A DNA stretch of 43,338 bases, counting the filler, from Jimgerdemannia flammicorona (taxonomy: Eukaryota), in the NCBI GenBank assembly GCA_003990765.1. It is 2 parts of 2 records of this genome, joined end to end, with 100 filler letters (N's around TTAATTAATTAA, not from the genome) between each part and the next. Parts side by side here need not be neighbours in the genome. Positions count along the whole stretch, not along the records: positions 1 to 21,623 come from RBNJ01001420.1; 1 more part is not named here. One strand, written 5' to 3'. Position numbers and translations under genes: made by a program. A model generated the notes under the pieces. It was not told where the DNA came from and ran no database searches. It was given only the letters and a program-made list of their open reading frames with translations. Below, piece after piece: positions 1 through 11,826 of this stretch; position 1 is the first letter of the stretch, and the number at the start of each line of letters is the position of its first letter.

Positions 1-194
1 TGGTTGCTACTACTGCGGTTCCTTGATCCTTCTTTTATATTCTTCAGGATGCTTGTGCTGTGGTCACAATGACTCACAGTTGGTCATCATTGCTCATCTC
101 GTATGCTGTATGATCTTCTTGTGCTTCAATCTGGTGGCTTGCAAGGAAAGGCTGTCTCCTGTGCTGATGTCATCATTCTGGAGTCACCGTTACA
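1..194 (-). mobile_element. 5' end of an LTR of family A (second copy, continuing out of the window to the left)
   Basis: Reverse complement (TGTAACGGTGACTCCAGAATGATGACATCAGCAC...) aligns with the LTR starts at 7639 and 14894. It is preceded on the minus strand by TTAT rather than the PPT, so it is a 5' or solo LTR. Confidence 0.92.
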
Positions 195-411
195 ATAACT
201 AAGTTCTTTCTGGTGGTAGGGAGAGCATAGTATGTAGAATGAGATATAGACTACTATAGGCCCTGCTGTGCCTAGCATAGTTGAGCTACTAGATAATAAC
301 TAGTCTAGGTTTAATAGAGAGATAGTGCTCAATAAGTGGTGAGGAAGAGTTTTGGCCTATATAGTCTAGGTTTCCTTCTAATAAAAATCTGTAGGACTCT
401 GAGTCTATAAA

Positions 412-479
<68 letters not shown>
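195..479 (+). mobile_element. Decayed 3' end of a non-LTR (LINE-like) retroelement with a long poly(A) tail
   Basis: G-rich decayed sequence, AATAAA, a small GACTC-T-GAGTC hairpin, then about 60 A (about 415-479). Truncated on the left by the family A LTR. Confidence 0.55.
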
Positions 480-482
<3 letters not shown>

Positions 483-1151
483 ATGTTTGCCAACCAGATA
501 ATAAATAAAATAACAGAATAGATGTTTGCTGACCAGATAATAAAATAATAGAATAGTTGTCAGGTATCAGTTATAGAGGTATTTGTCAACCAGATAATAA
601 ATAAAATAATAGAATAGTCATCAGACTTCAGTTACAGAGATGTTCACTGACTAGATAATAAAAAATAGAATGATCTTAAGGGTTCAGTTACAGAGATATT
701 TACCAACCAGATAATAAATAAAATGGTCATCAGGCTTCAGTCACAGAGACATTCACTAACCAATAAATAAAAAAAGTAGAATGGCTATAAGGCTTCAGTC
801 ACAGAGATATTCACCAACTAATAATAAAATAAAATAAATAGAATGGCTATAAAGCTTTAGTCACAGAGATATTTACCAACCAGATAAAATAATAGAATAG
901 TCATCAGGCTTCAGTTATAAAGACATTTACCAATCAGATAATAAAATAAATAGAATGGTCATAAGGCTTTAGTCACAGAGATATTTACCAATTAGATAAT
1001 AAATAGAATAATCATATGGCTTCCATTACAGAGATATTCACTAATGATGAAATAAAATAAGTAGAATGGCCATAAGGCTTCAGTCATAGAGATATTTGCT
1101 GACTAGATAAAATAATAGAATAGTCATCAGGCTTTGATCACAGAGACATTC
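480..1151. repeat. Minisatellite, about 55-62 bp unit, roughly 11-12 copies (one more unit at about 1913-1972)
   Basis: Recurring AGAGATATTCACCAACCAGATAATAAAATAAAATAGAATGGTCATAAGGCTTCAGTCAC-like unit with transition differences between copies. Confidence 0.9.
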
Positions 1152-1541
1152 TGTAAGAGAATACTTTATTAAAGTACTATTATATAGTTCTGGAAGAGTT
1201 TTTTGGAAGTTCAAGAAGACTATTTTCTTTTTGGTCATCATTAATTCACATGTAGAGGTTGGACTCTATACCAATATAATGGAATCCTGGAAGTAGATTA
1301 AGGAATCCAATAACTGACTTTATTATAGGATTTTGATCTCAGTAAAAGAAATACTGCTTTACAGTTCAAAAAAAAGAGAGTATTTATACATTTTGATACT
1401 ATTTAATACTAAACTAAAATAGTCATTGACATGTTAGTTATGCTGAGTCAGAATATAGTCATGCTATATAAGATTCTATTTATAGTATGGCTGCTATGGC
1501 TGCTATAGCTATTGCTATAATTATTGCTATAGTTATTGCTG

Positions 1542-1572
<31 letters not shown>

Positions 1573-1912
1573 GTCTCTTAGACTCTTTTTTTTATTAATA
1601 TTACTATTTATCTCATATATAATACACTAAGCCCACCTCTATCTGATCCCTCTAGAGGCCCCCCCCTCCTCTACTCCCTCTTGATTAAAGACCACTTAAT
1701 TATTAATCACCTCTACCCACTCATCACTCTATCTATAAATCTCTTCCAGTAGTTATTGCTGCAGTTCTTGTAACTTATTTCTAACTAAGCATCAGGTGAC
1801 TTCTTGATTCGGATTTGGCAATCTGTGACTTCAGTTTGACTTAGCTTTATGATCTTATATGTGATTTCTGAATTTGTTCTAAGAGTGATATACAATTTTA
1901 GTTGTACTTATA
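1152..1912. mobile_element. Solo-LTR-like insertion in the minisatellite
   Basis: Starts TGTAAG and ends CTTATA (decayed CTTACA, a 6-bp terminal inverted repeat). Flanks CATTC (1147-1151) and TATTT (1913-1917) match as a 5-bp TSD after C>T. The minisatellite unit resumes after it. Confidence 0.6.
1542..1749 (-). mobile_element. 5'-truncated LINE 3' end (TPRT product)
   Basis: Poly(T) at 1542-1569 is a poly(A) tail on the minus strand, preceded by AATAAA and an AGTCT-AAG-AGACT hairpin. 12-bp TSD TAGTTATTGCTG at 1530-1541 and 1750-1761. Confidence 0.75.
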
Positions 1913-3509
1913 TATTTGCTGACCAGATAATAAAATAAAATAAAATAGTCATAAAGGTTTAGTTACAGAGACTAATAGCTCAAAAACTCACTTTATACTA
2001 TGGCTACCTACAAGGCCTGATTGGTGGAGCTTGTATCACCAGATACTAGGATAGGGTTAACTATCTGACTGTTAATCATTGTACATAGAGCTGCAGTCTG
2101 GTTGGTCCTCTATATCTTGGACATAGCTGTGGTGTAAAGTACTATAATAGCAGTAGGCAGTAGACCTGGCTACCTTCTGGACCTGGGCTTATACCTGGGT
2201 ATGAGTATATATCTGAGGATAGACCTATATCTACTGAGCAATCTGCTAGCTCTAATTTATCTGCTGCAAGTTCTGCTGAGTAACTTATACATTTATGGCT
2301 TGCATGTTTTGCTGTATAGACTATATGATTTCACACATTGTATTTAGCCTTATTTGCTGGGTGAAGAAGATGCTGTATATTTGCTATATCTGAGCTAGTA
2401 TAAAGTTAATGATATTGAGATTATAGTACTAAGAGATAATAGAGGTACTAAAGGTATTATTGATAGTAAAGGTGTTTGAAAATACAGCAATAAGGGCCAG
2501 ATCTGTAATCATACTAGCTAGATTTATGTATTGCTGAGAGGTATAGAAAGACATCAATGAGAGGATGTCAATGAGAGATATAGCTTAACTATTTTAGTAG
2601 ATTGAGAGATCTTGTAAGTATTGAGGTAGTTTTTTTAGTCTCTATAATAAAAGAGATAAAGATGAATATATAAGATTATATATATATAGTAGTTCTCAAT
2701 AGCTTCTATATATTATCCAGAATATATATTATAATATATTATCTCACTATAATAAAAATAATGATCTCAACTCATCAATTATAATATATTAAACTCAAAT
2801 ACTAAAAATCAGTATAAATCTTTTCTACATTAAACTATCAACTCAGATAAAGCCTATAAAATATATGTCTATACATATGTATGATAAGAAATACTAACAG
2901 TATAAAATGGTTAAAATCTATATATATTATATCAAAAAAAAAAAAAAAAATTCAAATATAATCCAAAGAAGATATCTCAGCTATATAAGACTCAAACTTA
3001 TAGACTATATATAGAATAGCATATAGTGCTATTATAAGATTAAGAGAGATACTAAATATATAAAAAGATGAGAAACTTAGTAGCTAAGTCATAGTGCTAG
3101 ATAAGGTCCTCATTAATATAGATTCTCAAGATCAGTAGTTATTGTATATATTGAAAAGAGAAGAAAGGAAATAAGTTTCCAGCTCTTAGTTTTTAACTTC
3201 TAGTTATTTCAAAATATTTTCCAAATAAACTCTAAGACTAAACTATGGCAAAATATTTTCTAAATAAGCTAAGATATGAAGATATAACTACTATGAAGGT
3301 AATATGACTTTATAATAGTAAGGGGGATAATTACTTAAGTTTGTCATTATCTTTAGATATAGAGTAAGAGCTTGAGCAGAGAAGCAATATTAGTTCCAGA
3401 GAGGAGAGAGAAAGAGGAAAAGAGTAGTATAGTAATACTAAGATATTTCAAAACATTCTATTACATATAAGAGTATGTGTTAAAATTTATAACAAAATTG
3501 ATATATAGA

Positions 3510-3620
3510 ATGATGTTTAGAGATCTGAAATAGTTTAGAATAGTATAAAATATCTGAAATAGTTTAGAATAGTATAAGGTATATAAAATAGTTTAGAATA
3601 GTATAAGATACTAGAAATTA
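3510..3620. repeat. About 29-bp tandem repeat, 3-4 copies
   Basis: ATCTGAAATAGTTTAGAATAGTATAA recurs in tandem. Confidence 0.75.
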
Positions 3621-3914
3621 TCTGAGACTATAAGAGCTACCTCTTTTCAGTCTTCTTCCAGTAGCTCTAGATACTTCACTTAGTGAATTTTTTAAGTCTA
3701 GATCTGATAATTTACTCCTTTATTATTGATTAATTTTTGGTAATATTTCTGAAAAAATACTATCTATCATTGAACTCATTCTCACCAAATTACTTTATCT
3801 ATCTGAGTATTTACCAAAATATTACTTTATTAAAATATAATTATAAAAGTAAAAGAAATACTATATTATAAGTATTAATAAAAATATCATATTAGTCATT
3901 TTAAGTATTTATTA

Positions 3915-4200
3915 TATTTTATATAGTAGTTTATAGTACTTTATTAGATCAATGAGTATTTACTGCAAAATAATATTATTGTATAGTAGTTCATAGTACT
4001 CAGTCTTTAAGATTGATGAGTATTTACTGTAAAATAGTTTTGTATAATAATTTAAAGTACTTGAGCTCCAGATTATAAGTATTTATATACTACAAAATAG
4101 TATTATACAATAGTTTATAGTATATACTCAATCTCCAGATTGATGAGTATTTACTAAAAAATATTATTATATAGTAATAAATAGTACTCAATCTCATCAG
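3915..4200. repeat. About 60-65-bp degenerate tandem repeat, 4-5 copies
   Basis: TATAGTAGTTCATAGTACTC...AGATTGATGAGTATTTACT..AAAA recurs. Confidence 0.7.
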
Positions 4201-4499
4201 ACAGATTAATGACAATATTATCTTGTATAATTGAGAGAGAAATTATATTATCTGCAGAGACTATACCCTCTATTTTTTATAATCTGATAAATAGAAATTC
4301 TCAATCAATTTCTTTTGGATCAGCTGAATAATTTTATTAATTTTAATAGTCTATATATAATAGTATAGATATATCTCAGATTCAGTCAAATGATAGTACC
4401 TATGAGCAGAGATAAGATATTCAATCTAAAAGATTAAAAAAGAGGAATTAATAGATAATATTGGAAAAATAAATCAGATTATAATATAAAATATAATTT

Positions 4500-7400
4500 T
4501 TATAAGTATAATAACTATGGCTAGCAAGAGAACTGTCAGCTTATCTCTGTCTTATATAGTATTTTTGAATCATATCTTTCTACTAGTAAAAAAAAGATCA
4601 ATTATATTTGTAATCTATTTTGAGTAAAACTTAGGCTTGACTGTTTTCAATATATTATCACAATCCACTAAGAATATTCTATAGTTTTATGTTACTAATT
4701 CACAATTTCAACTACAGTCTTCTTTAGATCAGAGTCTATCAAAGTAGTAGTAATATTCTTAAAAGAAGTGTTAAAGAAGAGAATAATAAGTTTCTTTACT
4801 AGATACTCCTTTATACATATAAGTGTAATTAAGTAGAAATTGTTGATAGCACTAGATTTTTATAAAAAATTAAATAAGATAGAAGATCAGTTAGCTAGAG
4901 ATAAAATGTAATGAACTTAAATATAGATAAATAAAGTAAATTTTACCTTTTCATATATCTTTCTATAGATCTGCTTTTCATTTTCTTATAAGTATCTATA
5001 CTTTTCAAGTATATTAGTAAGAGTTATATCTAGTACTTCTAAATGAATTGAATCAATTCAAATTAAATCAAATTGGGAGTTATTCAAATTAAATTAGATC
5101 TTTGATTTGATTTGATTTGAATTGAATTGAATTAAACCTTTAATTTGAATTAGTCATGATATATCTGATAGATCAGAAGATCTATACAGATCTGTGGCCA
5201 CTGATTATCAGTTATATGATATTTATACTTAAGCTTAGAAAGTATATAGCTTTTAAAATAAAAATAAATAAAATAAAGATTTAAATTCTATTCTTTTTTA
5301 TATATATTTACCTTTTTATATTATTTTGATAGTAGGTAAGTTTGTAATAACTTTTATATCTCCTTAGAGACAGTCTTATAAAATTGTTATAAAGTTATTG
5401 TAAGAAAATTCTTATAACATATAAAGGTGAGTTTCTAGTTACTATTGAAGAATCTGCCAAACTATTGCTAAAAGATAAGATTATATCTATAGAGATAGTA
5501 AGTCTAATAGTAATGTTTTTACACTTATTAGATATTTTATTATTAGTATCAGTATTCACATTCTTATCATTTATATTCAAATTCTCTTTATCTTTAGAAT
5601 CTCCCTCATTATATATAATTCTACATTACTTATTTACAGTTTTAATAATCTATTTAAGTTATATTATCTGAGGAGACTGAGATATAGTATTATATACAAG
5701 GGCTAATTACTTATTGATATTGACTTTGAAGAGTAGACTGGATAGCTTCTTGTATTCTTGAGGAGTTTTCTTATGAATACTGATATTCATATTACTGCTA
5801 CAAGTTTGTAGTAGTATTGAGTCAAGTGAATTATAAAGATACTAACAATAAGTAATAAGTGATGGATAATAGATAATAGGAGATAGGTGATGAGAGATAG
5901 ATAATGAGAGGATAGACAATAAGAGAAGACAGATAATATATATGTATTATACTGGCTGAGATATAGATGTTGAAGTAGAGGTTAATATAAAAATTAAAGT
6001 AGAGGTTCTGATGAATACATCTATATAGGATTTCTGATTTTCTTTTTTATTGAACTATAAATTATGTGAGATTACTATATAATATTTATGTGGATTCTAA
6101 AGTTGATACATCTTGTCAGAATACCCCAAAAATATATGTTTGCCAGCTTTTAGCTCAAACTTATATCAATTAATATTGTTCTTATTAAGAATATATACAT
6201 TATATCTGAATATATATAGATGCAATATATCTGGCTTCATTCTGCTCTATAACTCTTTGAGAGTAAAATTATAATTGTTTCTGAAATGCTTATTATTGTT
6301 GTTGCCAGATTCTTTACTCAATATTTAAGATATACATTAGTTGTACATATATATATACCACTACATTAATGATCTTAGTCTAATAAAAATTTAATAGTCT
6401 AGCTATATTGATTATTATATATACTATTTCCATAGCTATATAGTTAAATTACTTGATCACACTGTTTTGCTATAATATATAGTACTGTTATCTGATGATA
6501 CATATGTATATACTATATTTTCTCAGATACTGCTTGAATACACTATTGATATATTTGTATTCATTATCTGAGCATATAGTATATATTTTACATTCTGTTT
6601 CATTTTCTATAATTGCTTTAAATTCTTTGAATTTATCCAGAACTTTATTCTTTGTTGATAAGAAGTATATATATACTTTATATATATAATTATTGATAAA
6701 TATAATGAAATATAACTTTCTACTATAGGAAGTAGTATATATTAGACTATATATATCTATATAGATTAAATTAAGTATATTAGATATATATTTTATCCAT
6801 TCTTCAAATAGATGCTAGAATATTTTATTTACTATACAATCTTTACAAAAGTTGTCATTGAGATATATTGTCAATAATTCTCATATAGATCTATTTCTAA
6901 TTATCCTTTTCAGACTCAATTTGTCTATATATCCTAAGTATTGATATCATATGTTAGATATATCAGGCATAGTTGGCATATATATATATAGAGGTTTTTA
7001 TACTATTCAATATATTATTGATTATATAAAGATTATCTCATTTTGACACTATTATAATCTTCTTATTGTTCTTCAAACTATATACTATTGCTCTTATTGA
7101 GTGTATATGTATTTCTTTATTACTGTAGACTATTATTTTGCTAATTAAAAAAAGAATCTTTTCTATCTTTAGAGTATATATATACATAGTATATCTTGAA
7201 AAGTACCAACAGACTCTATAATATTTCTATAAAGATATATACTAATATTTTCTCTTTCTTGAGTATATAACATTGTTATTATCTAATTTGATTAGTATAT
7301 GTATACCAGATGCTTGAAGGACTTATAGATAGAGAACCACTCTTAGTAAACTGATATATGTATTATATAGTATCTGAATCTATAAGCTATATCATTATTA

Positions 7401-7638
7401 TCAACTATATTAGTATATACTTTGCTTATATTGTTACTTTTTACTAACTCAAAAGTATATAGTTTAGGTATAGATATAGATTATGCCTTCTTCAAATACT
7501 CAATATATATTACTTATATATAGAATATATCTTTACTCTAGTTTTTATTAGTTTTAGTAGTATTTATATTATATTACTCTTTACTATCACATTTCTTTCT
7601 ATTACTTCTATATTGCCAACGCTGACTTTTATACTTAT
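4500..7638 (-). mobile_element. Highly decayed Ty1/Copia gag-pol relic (probably resumes at 16450-16560 beyond element A)
   Basis: Minus-strand translation gives decayed Copia motifs in Copia order: *YQYLGY for WHQRLGH (about 6930-6950), SDNSTIY and QNSVIK for SDNGxEY and QNGxAE (about 6450-6500), KPDILHLYIF for KPDvsHLRvFG (about 6210-6240), KFELKAGKHIFLGYSDKMYQL (IN C-terminus, about 6100-6165), and an FTQK...RYDS RT-start remnant (about 4570-4630). Boundaries are approximate. Confidence 0.7.
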
Positions 7639-9188
7639 TGTAATGGTGACCCCAAAATGATGACATCAGCACAGAAGACAGTCTTTCCTTGCAAGCCACT
7701 AGATCAGAGTATAAGGAGATCATATGGTATACAAGATGAGCAATAATGACTAACTGTGAGTCATTATGACCACAGTATGGGTATCTTGAGGAATATAAAA
7801 GAAGAATTAAGGAACCACAGTAGCAGCAACCAATAAGACCCACTAATCCCAAAATAGCTCAAAGACTTACCATAAATGAAATGTCTGCTGCTTGCCAAAC
7901 CTCAAGGTCAAGGAACTACCAAGGCACCTCAGTTGAAGAAAGGATATTCCAAGATATCAGAAGAGCCATGAGAATCTATTCAAGAAGGACTCCTAGTGTC
8001 AATCTGGATACTGGTAACTCTTATCATTATATCCTCTACTGCTGTGAAATGGAAACAAGGATCACCATTGCTATCAAATACCTCCAAATATGGCAGAAGT
8101 ATGAGATAAGAAACCTCCTCTACCAGGAGTTCCCACAGGCCAGCACTCAAGAGCTACAAGATGCCATTCCCATGGATATATATGAAACAAGGACAGCTAA
8201 GAAGATCCATCAGATCTTCAGATATGCACCATGGTTGATCTCCAACTTGGAGTATATTAGAGTCTCAGACTTCAGAGACCTGTCAGCCCACCATATCAAT
8301 ATACTAGAAGCCAGAGTGGCTACAGAAGCCCAGTCTACTATCACTCTCAATAGTGATGAAGTAGAAGACTTCTGACATCCCATCCTCCAGAACAACCCAG
8401 ACCAATTCCTGCAAGGATTGATCTCAGTATTCTAAGACCCAAGTATCCAGGTTAGATCTCTCCAAGACCCCACATTTGTCCCCTATTTTGTAGAAGAGAC
8501 TCTCATAGACTAGAGAGCCCCAGACCTCCTTGTTCCCACTGCCACCAAATGTGATGATGTTATTGGTGATGATATCATCCTGTATGACATATGTGAGATG
8601 TGTGATATATATGAAATATATATGTGACCTATATAACAATGATGAATTTGCGGACCTCATCTTCTTTGAAGACATCCTGACCTCTGATGAGGATAAAGCC
8701 CCTATGGTCTTGAACATTCTGCTCTAAAGTCCTTTGGTTATACTGAATTATGTCAGCACCAGCATTCTGATGTGACACTGAATTATTTCAGTACTATTTT
8801 CCTATACTACTGAAATTATACCAGCATCCTGAACCTATACAACCATCAGTACCAACCCTGAAACTTAGCAGTTTTTCCTATCCTGACATTTTGTTTTAGT
8901 TATTGAAATTTATATTTAGCTTTATATCTTAGCAACCATTGAATTATATTTTATATAAATACCTCTCTTATTTCCTCTGAAATAAAGTCAGTTCATCTTA
9001 GTGCAATAATTCCTTATAAGCAATCTAAGAGATAATAAGACAGTTTAAAGATAAGAAGTTTGAGGACTATAAGACCTTGGGAAGATACTCCAATAAGAAC
9101 TTACTTATAACAAACTTGAGTTAGTCTAAGAGATATACCTTGAAGAGAATCTGGCATATTTGAAGGACTCAGCAATCACTATGTGACA
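7639..9188 (+). repeat. Element A 5' LTR (1550 bp)
   Basis: TGTAATGGTGAC...ATGTGACA; colinear with 14894-16445. TATA-like motifs at about 7794 and 8954; AATAAA at about 8981. Confidence 0.95.
7881..8727 (+). pseudogene. LTR-encoded accessory ORF, 5' LTR copy (consensus about 280 aa, unknown function)
   Basis: 164-aa open part plus continuation. Its stops (8373 TGA, a TAA, a TAG) and a 4-bp insertion are sense codons or absent in the 3' LTR copy. Confidence 0.8.
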
Positions 9189-9210
9189 ACTTAGTACCCA
9201 TTGGCTGGTG
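9189..9210 (+). promoter_or_regulatory. Probable decayed primer-binding site of element A (tRNA not identified)
   Basis: Position immediately after the 5' LTR; TAGTACCCATTGGCTGG could be TGG... after G>A decay. Confidence 0.35.
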
Positions 9211-9319
9211 ATTCAAGATGAATCTCTTACTTTCAAGCTGAAAAACAAATAACCACCACAACAACTACCCTGACTACAAGAGTCACCCCTGTAAGAATTC
9301 AAGATAAGATAAGATAGAA

Positions 9320-11308
9320 ATGTGCCTCCCCATATTCTATAGATATACTACTGAAGGGTCAATCCTGACCTTCATTGAAGACTTTGAACAATTTGCCACT
9401 ATATGATCCCTTGGTGTGGATGTACAATTGGCCCTTCTACCAGTCAGCCTCAGAAGACCTGCCAGAGATAAGTTCAATGCAGCCACTATTGCTGATAATG
9501 GTGCAGCCAAACTTGCCAACATGAAGGCCTTTCTCAGAACAACATACTATACTGAAGAGATCAAGCAAGCTCTCAAGGATCAACTCAATACTATCTGCCA
9601 GGGACTCAGTGAAGATCCCAACTCATTCTATACCCAAATCTGCCACCAGATTATCTTGGTTGGCTATGATGATGCCCTCAAGGAACAAATAGTGGATTCA
9701 ACCTTCCTCAAAGGAGTTCACCCTGAAATTGCTCTAGCAATCTAGTCTATCTCAGCTATACTGACCCTTGATCAGAAAGTGGTCTTTGCACAGAGATATT
9801 GAACTACCAGATATCCTGCTGAACACTTAATGGAAAAAATAACTGGCATCAAGATAGAGCCATCAAAGCCAACTAATATCATACCTGCCATAGTTGTAAA
9901 CAGACAACTATTCCCACCTACCCCCAAGACAACCAAAGCCGACCCAGTAGAGGAACTTGCCAAGTAGTTCACTGAGATGACTGTACATCTTGGTGATATT
10001 GTTAGAGAAGTCTGAAGTGCCAACAGGAGACCAGTGCAGAGATTTGCAGCTGCTACAGAAGAATGCAATATTATATACTTCAGATGTAGAGAAGAAGGCC
10101 ACTATGCAAAGAATTGTATGACCAAAACAAGATGCAAAGCTCAACCAAGCAATGCTAGCAGAACCAGAGAACAAATCAATGCAGTAGTCATTAAGGAGAT
10201 TAGTGATACTGATGATGAAGAATACTATGAAGAGCTCGAATTCTACCCTGCTACTAAAGGTACCAGAACCCAGTCCAAGCCCTATGACAAGAAGAGCAAC
10301 AGCAAGCCAGTTAGAAGACCAAAGAAGACCCCAGCTGTCACTATTCAAAGCAAGACTCAACCTGAGGAGATTGATTAAGATATGGAGTTAGATGAAGCTG
10401 CCTACCAAATCATTGAAGACACTACTCCAGTCTCAAGAGAAAGTGAAAGCAAGAAGGAATAGAAGCTGTGTAAGACCAAGATCCACAAGTATGATATCTA
10501 CAAGGATCTCAAGGAACAGAAGATCAATGCTACTTTTGGATAGCTAGCCAAAGTCCCTGCCTTCAGACAGTAGTTGATAGTAGGACTTACAACTACTGCC
10601 AAGAATTAAGAGTACAAGATTGTAGAAGCTCACAATGCACAGGAAGAATCAGAAGACTCAGGTGAAGAATCCAAAGACCAGTACAAGACATCAGCCTATA
10701 TCCCATGTCAGATTGAAGATTGTATCTTTGATGCCATCATTGATACTGGTGCTAGAGGATACCTCATGAGCAAGAAGACAATTGACTGCCTAGGATGGGA
10801 CATTGAAGAGTCCACCAAAATGATCTATGTCGCAGCAGATGGTATATGAGCTACCCTCCTTGGCAAAATCCAAGAAGTCCCCATCAAGATAGGAGGAGCT
10901 ATTATCTCAGTAGATGTGATTGTTACAAGCACCACCAACTATGACATCCTCATTGGCAACTAATGGCTTCATAAGACCAAGGCCATCATTGACCTCAATA
11001 CCCAGAAGATATAGATCAACTATAGAGGAAGAAAGGTACAAGTCTCTATCAATGTCCACAAAGAAGTCCTACCAGACATAGAGGAAGGAGATGAAGAGGA
11101 TACAGAAGTCTTCATGCACTTGGTGAATAAGAACAAGAACAAGAATAAGAACAAGACACCCAAGCTCACAGATGAGCAGTGGTACAACAAGATCATTGAT
11201 GGCTATACCCCTCAAGGAAGATGCCCCCATGGTACTAGAATGTACTGCTCTGAACACCTGAATGACTGCTAGTTCTGTATCAGTAAAGTCAGGAAAATCC
11301 ACCAATAA
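9320..11308 (+). pseudogene. gag: Element A Gag (capsid-like, CCHC knuckle) plus aspartic protease and a Cys/His module
   Basis: One frame from ATG 9320 with premature stops. LPIF...FIEDFEQFA capsid start, YFRCREEGHYAKNC knuckle (about 10076-10116), AIIDTGA protease site (DTG at 10742), and GRCPHG...DC*FC at 11222-11278. Confidence 0.88.
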
Positions 11309-11406
11309 AACATGAATAAGAAGCTGCTGAAGCAAAAAGGAAAGTTGAAGAAGATGACCAGCCCCCAGAGCTTCAAGCTGACAGTAATAATGAGGAGGAA
11401 TAAGAA

Positions 11407-11826
11407 CCAGATATCACCCTCAAGGTCAAGAAGTTTCACCCCAAAGCCAAGATCCCAGAATACAAGACTGAAGGAACCATAGGAATAGACCTTGCCAGCA
11501 TTCAAGATACTACCCTTGAACCACAGACCACCACCCTACTTGGTACTGGAATTGGAGTCAAGCTACCAGAGAACCATGCTGGAATTATTAAGACCAGGAG
11601 CAGTCTGGCCAAAAGTGAAATCTCAGTTGAAGGAGGAGTAATTGACCCTGATTACACTGGCAAGATCTTCCTCATAGTCAGGAATCACAACCCCACTACC
11701 CCATTTGAAGTCAAGAAGCATGACAGGATTGGCCAGATGCTGATCTATGAAATCAAAAAGCCCAAGATCACTGAAGCCATCCAACTCATCAAGACTAAGA
11801 GAGGAGAACAAGGCTTTGGATCTACT
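11407..11826 (+). pseudogene. dut: Element A trimeric-type dUTPase domain
   Basis: LKVKKFHPKAKIP...GIDL...RSSLA...GGVIDPDYTG...DRIGQM...RGEQGFGST: dUTPase motifs I-V, in frame with RT. Confidence 0.93.

Noticed and set aside
480..1151. CRISPR-like periodicity
   Set aside because: Whole units repeat with no unique spacers, there are no cas genes, and the context is eukaryotic.
1975..3500. Possible coding relic
   Set aside because: Too decayed; no motif recognised on either strand.
5040..5140. Imperfect inverted repeat of TTGA(T/A)T units as a MITE
   Set aside because: Low-complexity; no clear termini or TSD could be defined.
5395..6689. Short Ile/Tyr/Leu-rich ORFs from the ORF track
   Set aside because: By-products of AT-rich hypermutated Copia sequence.
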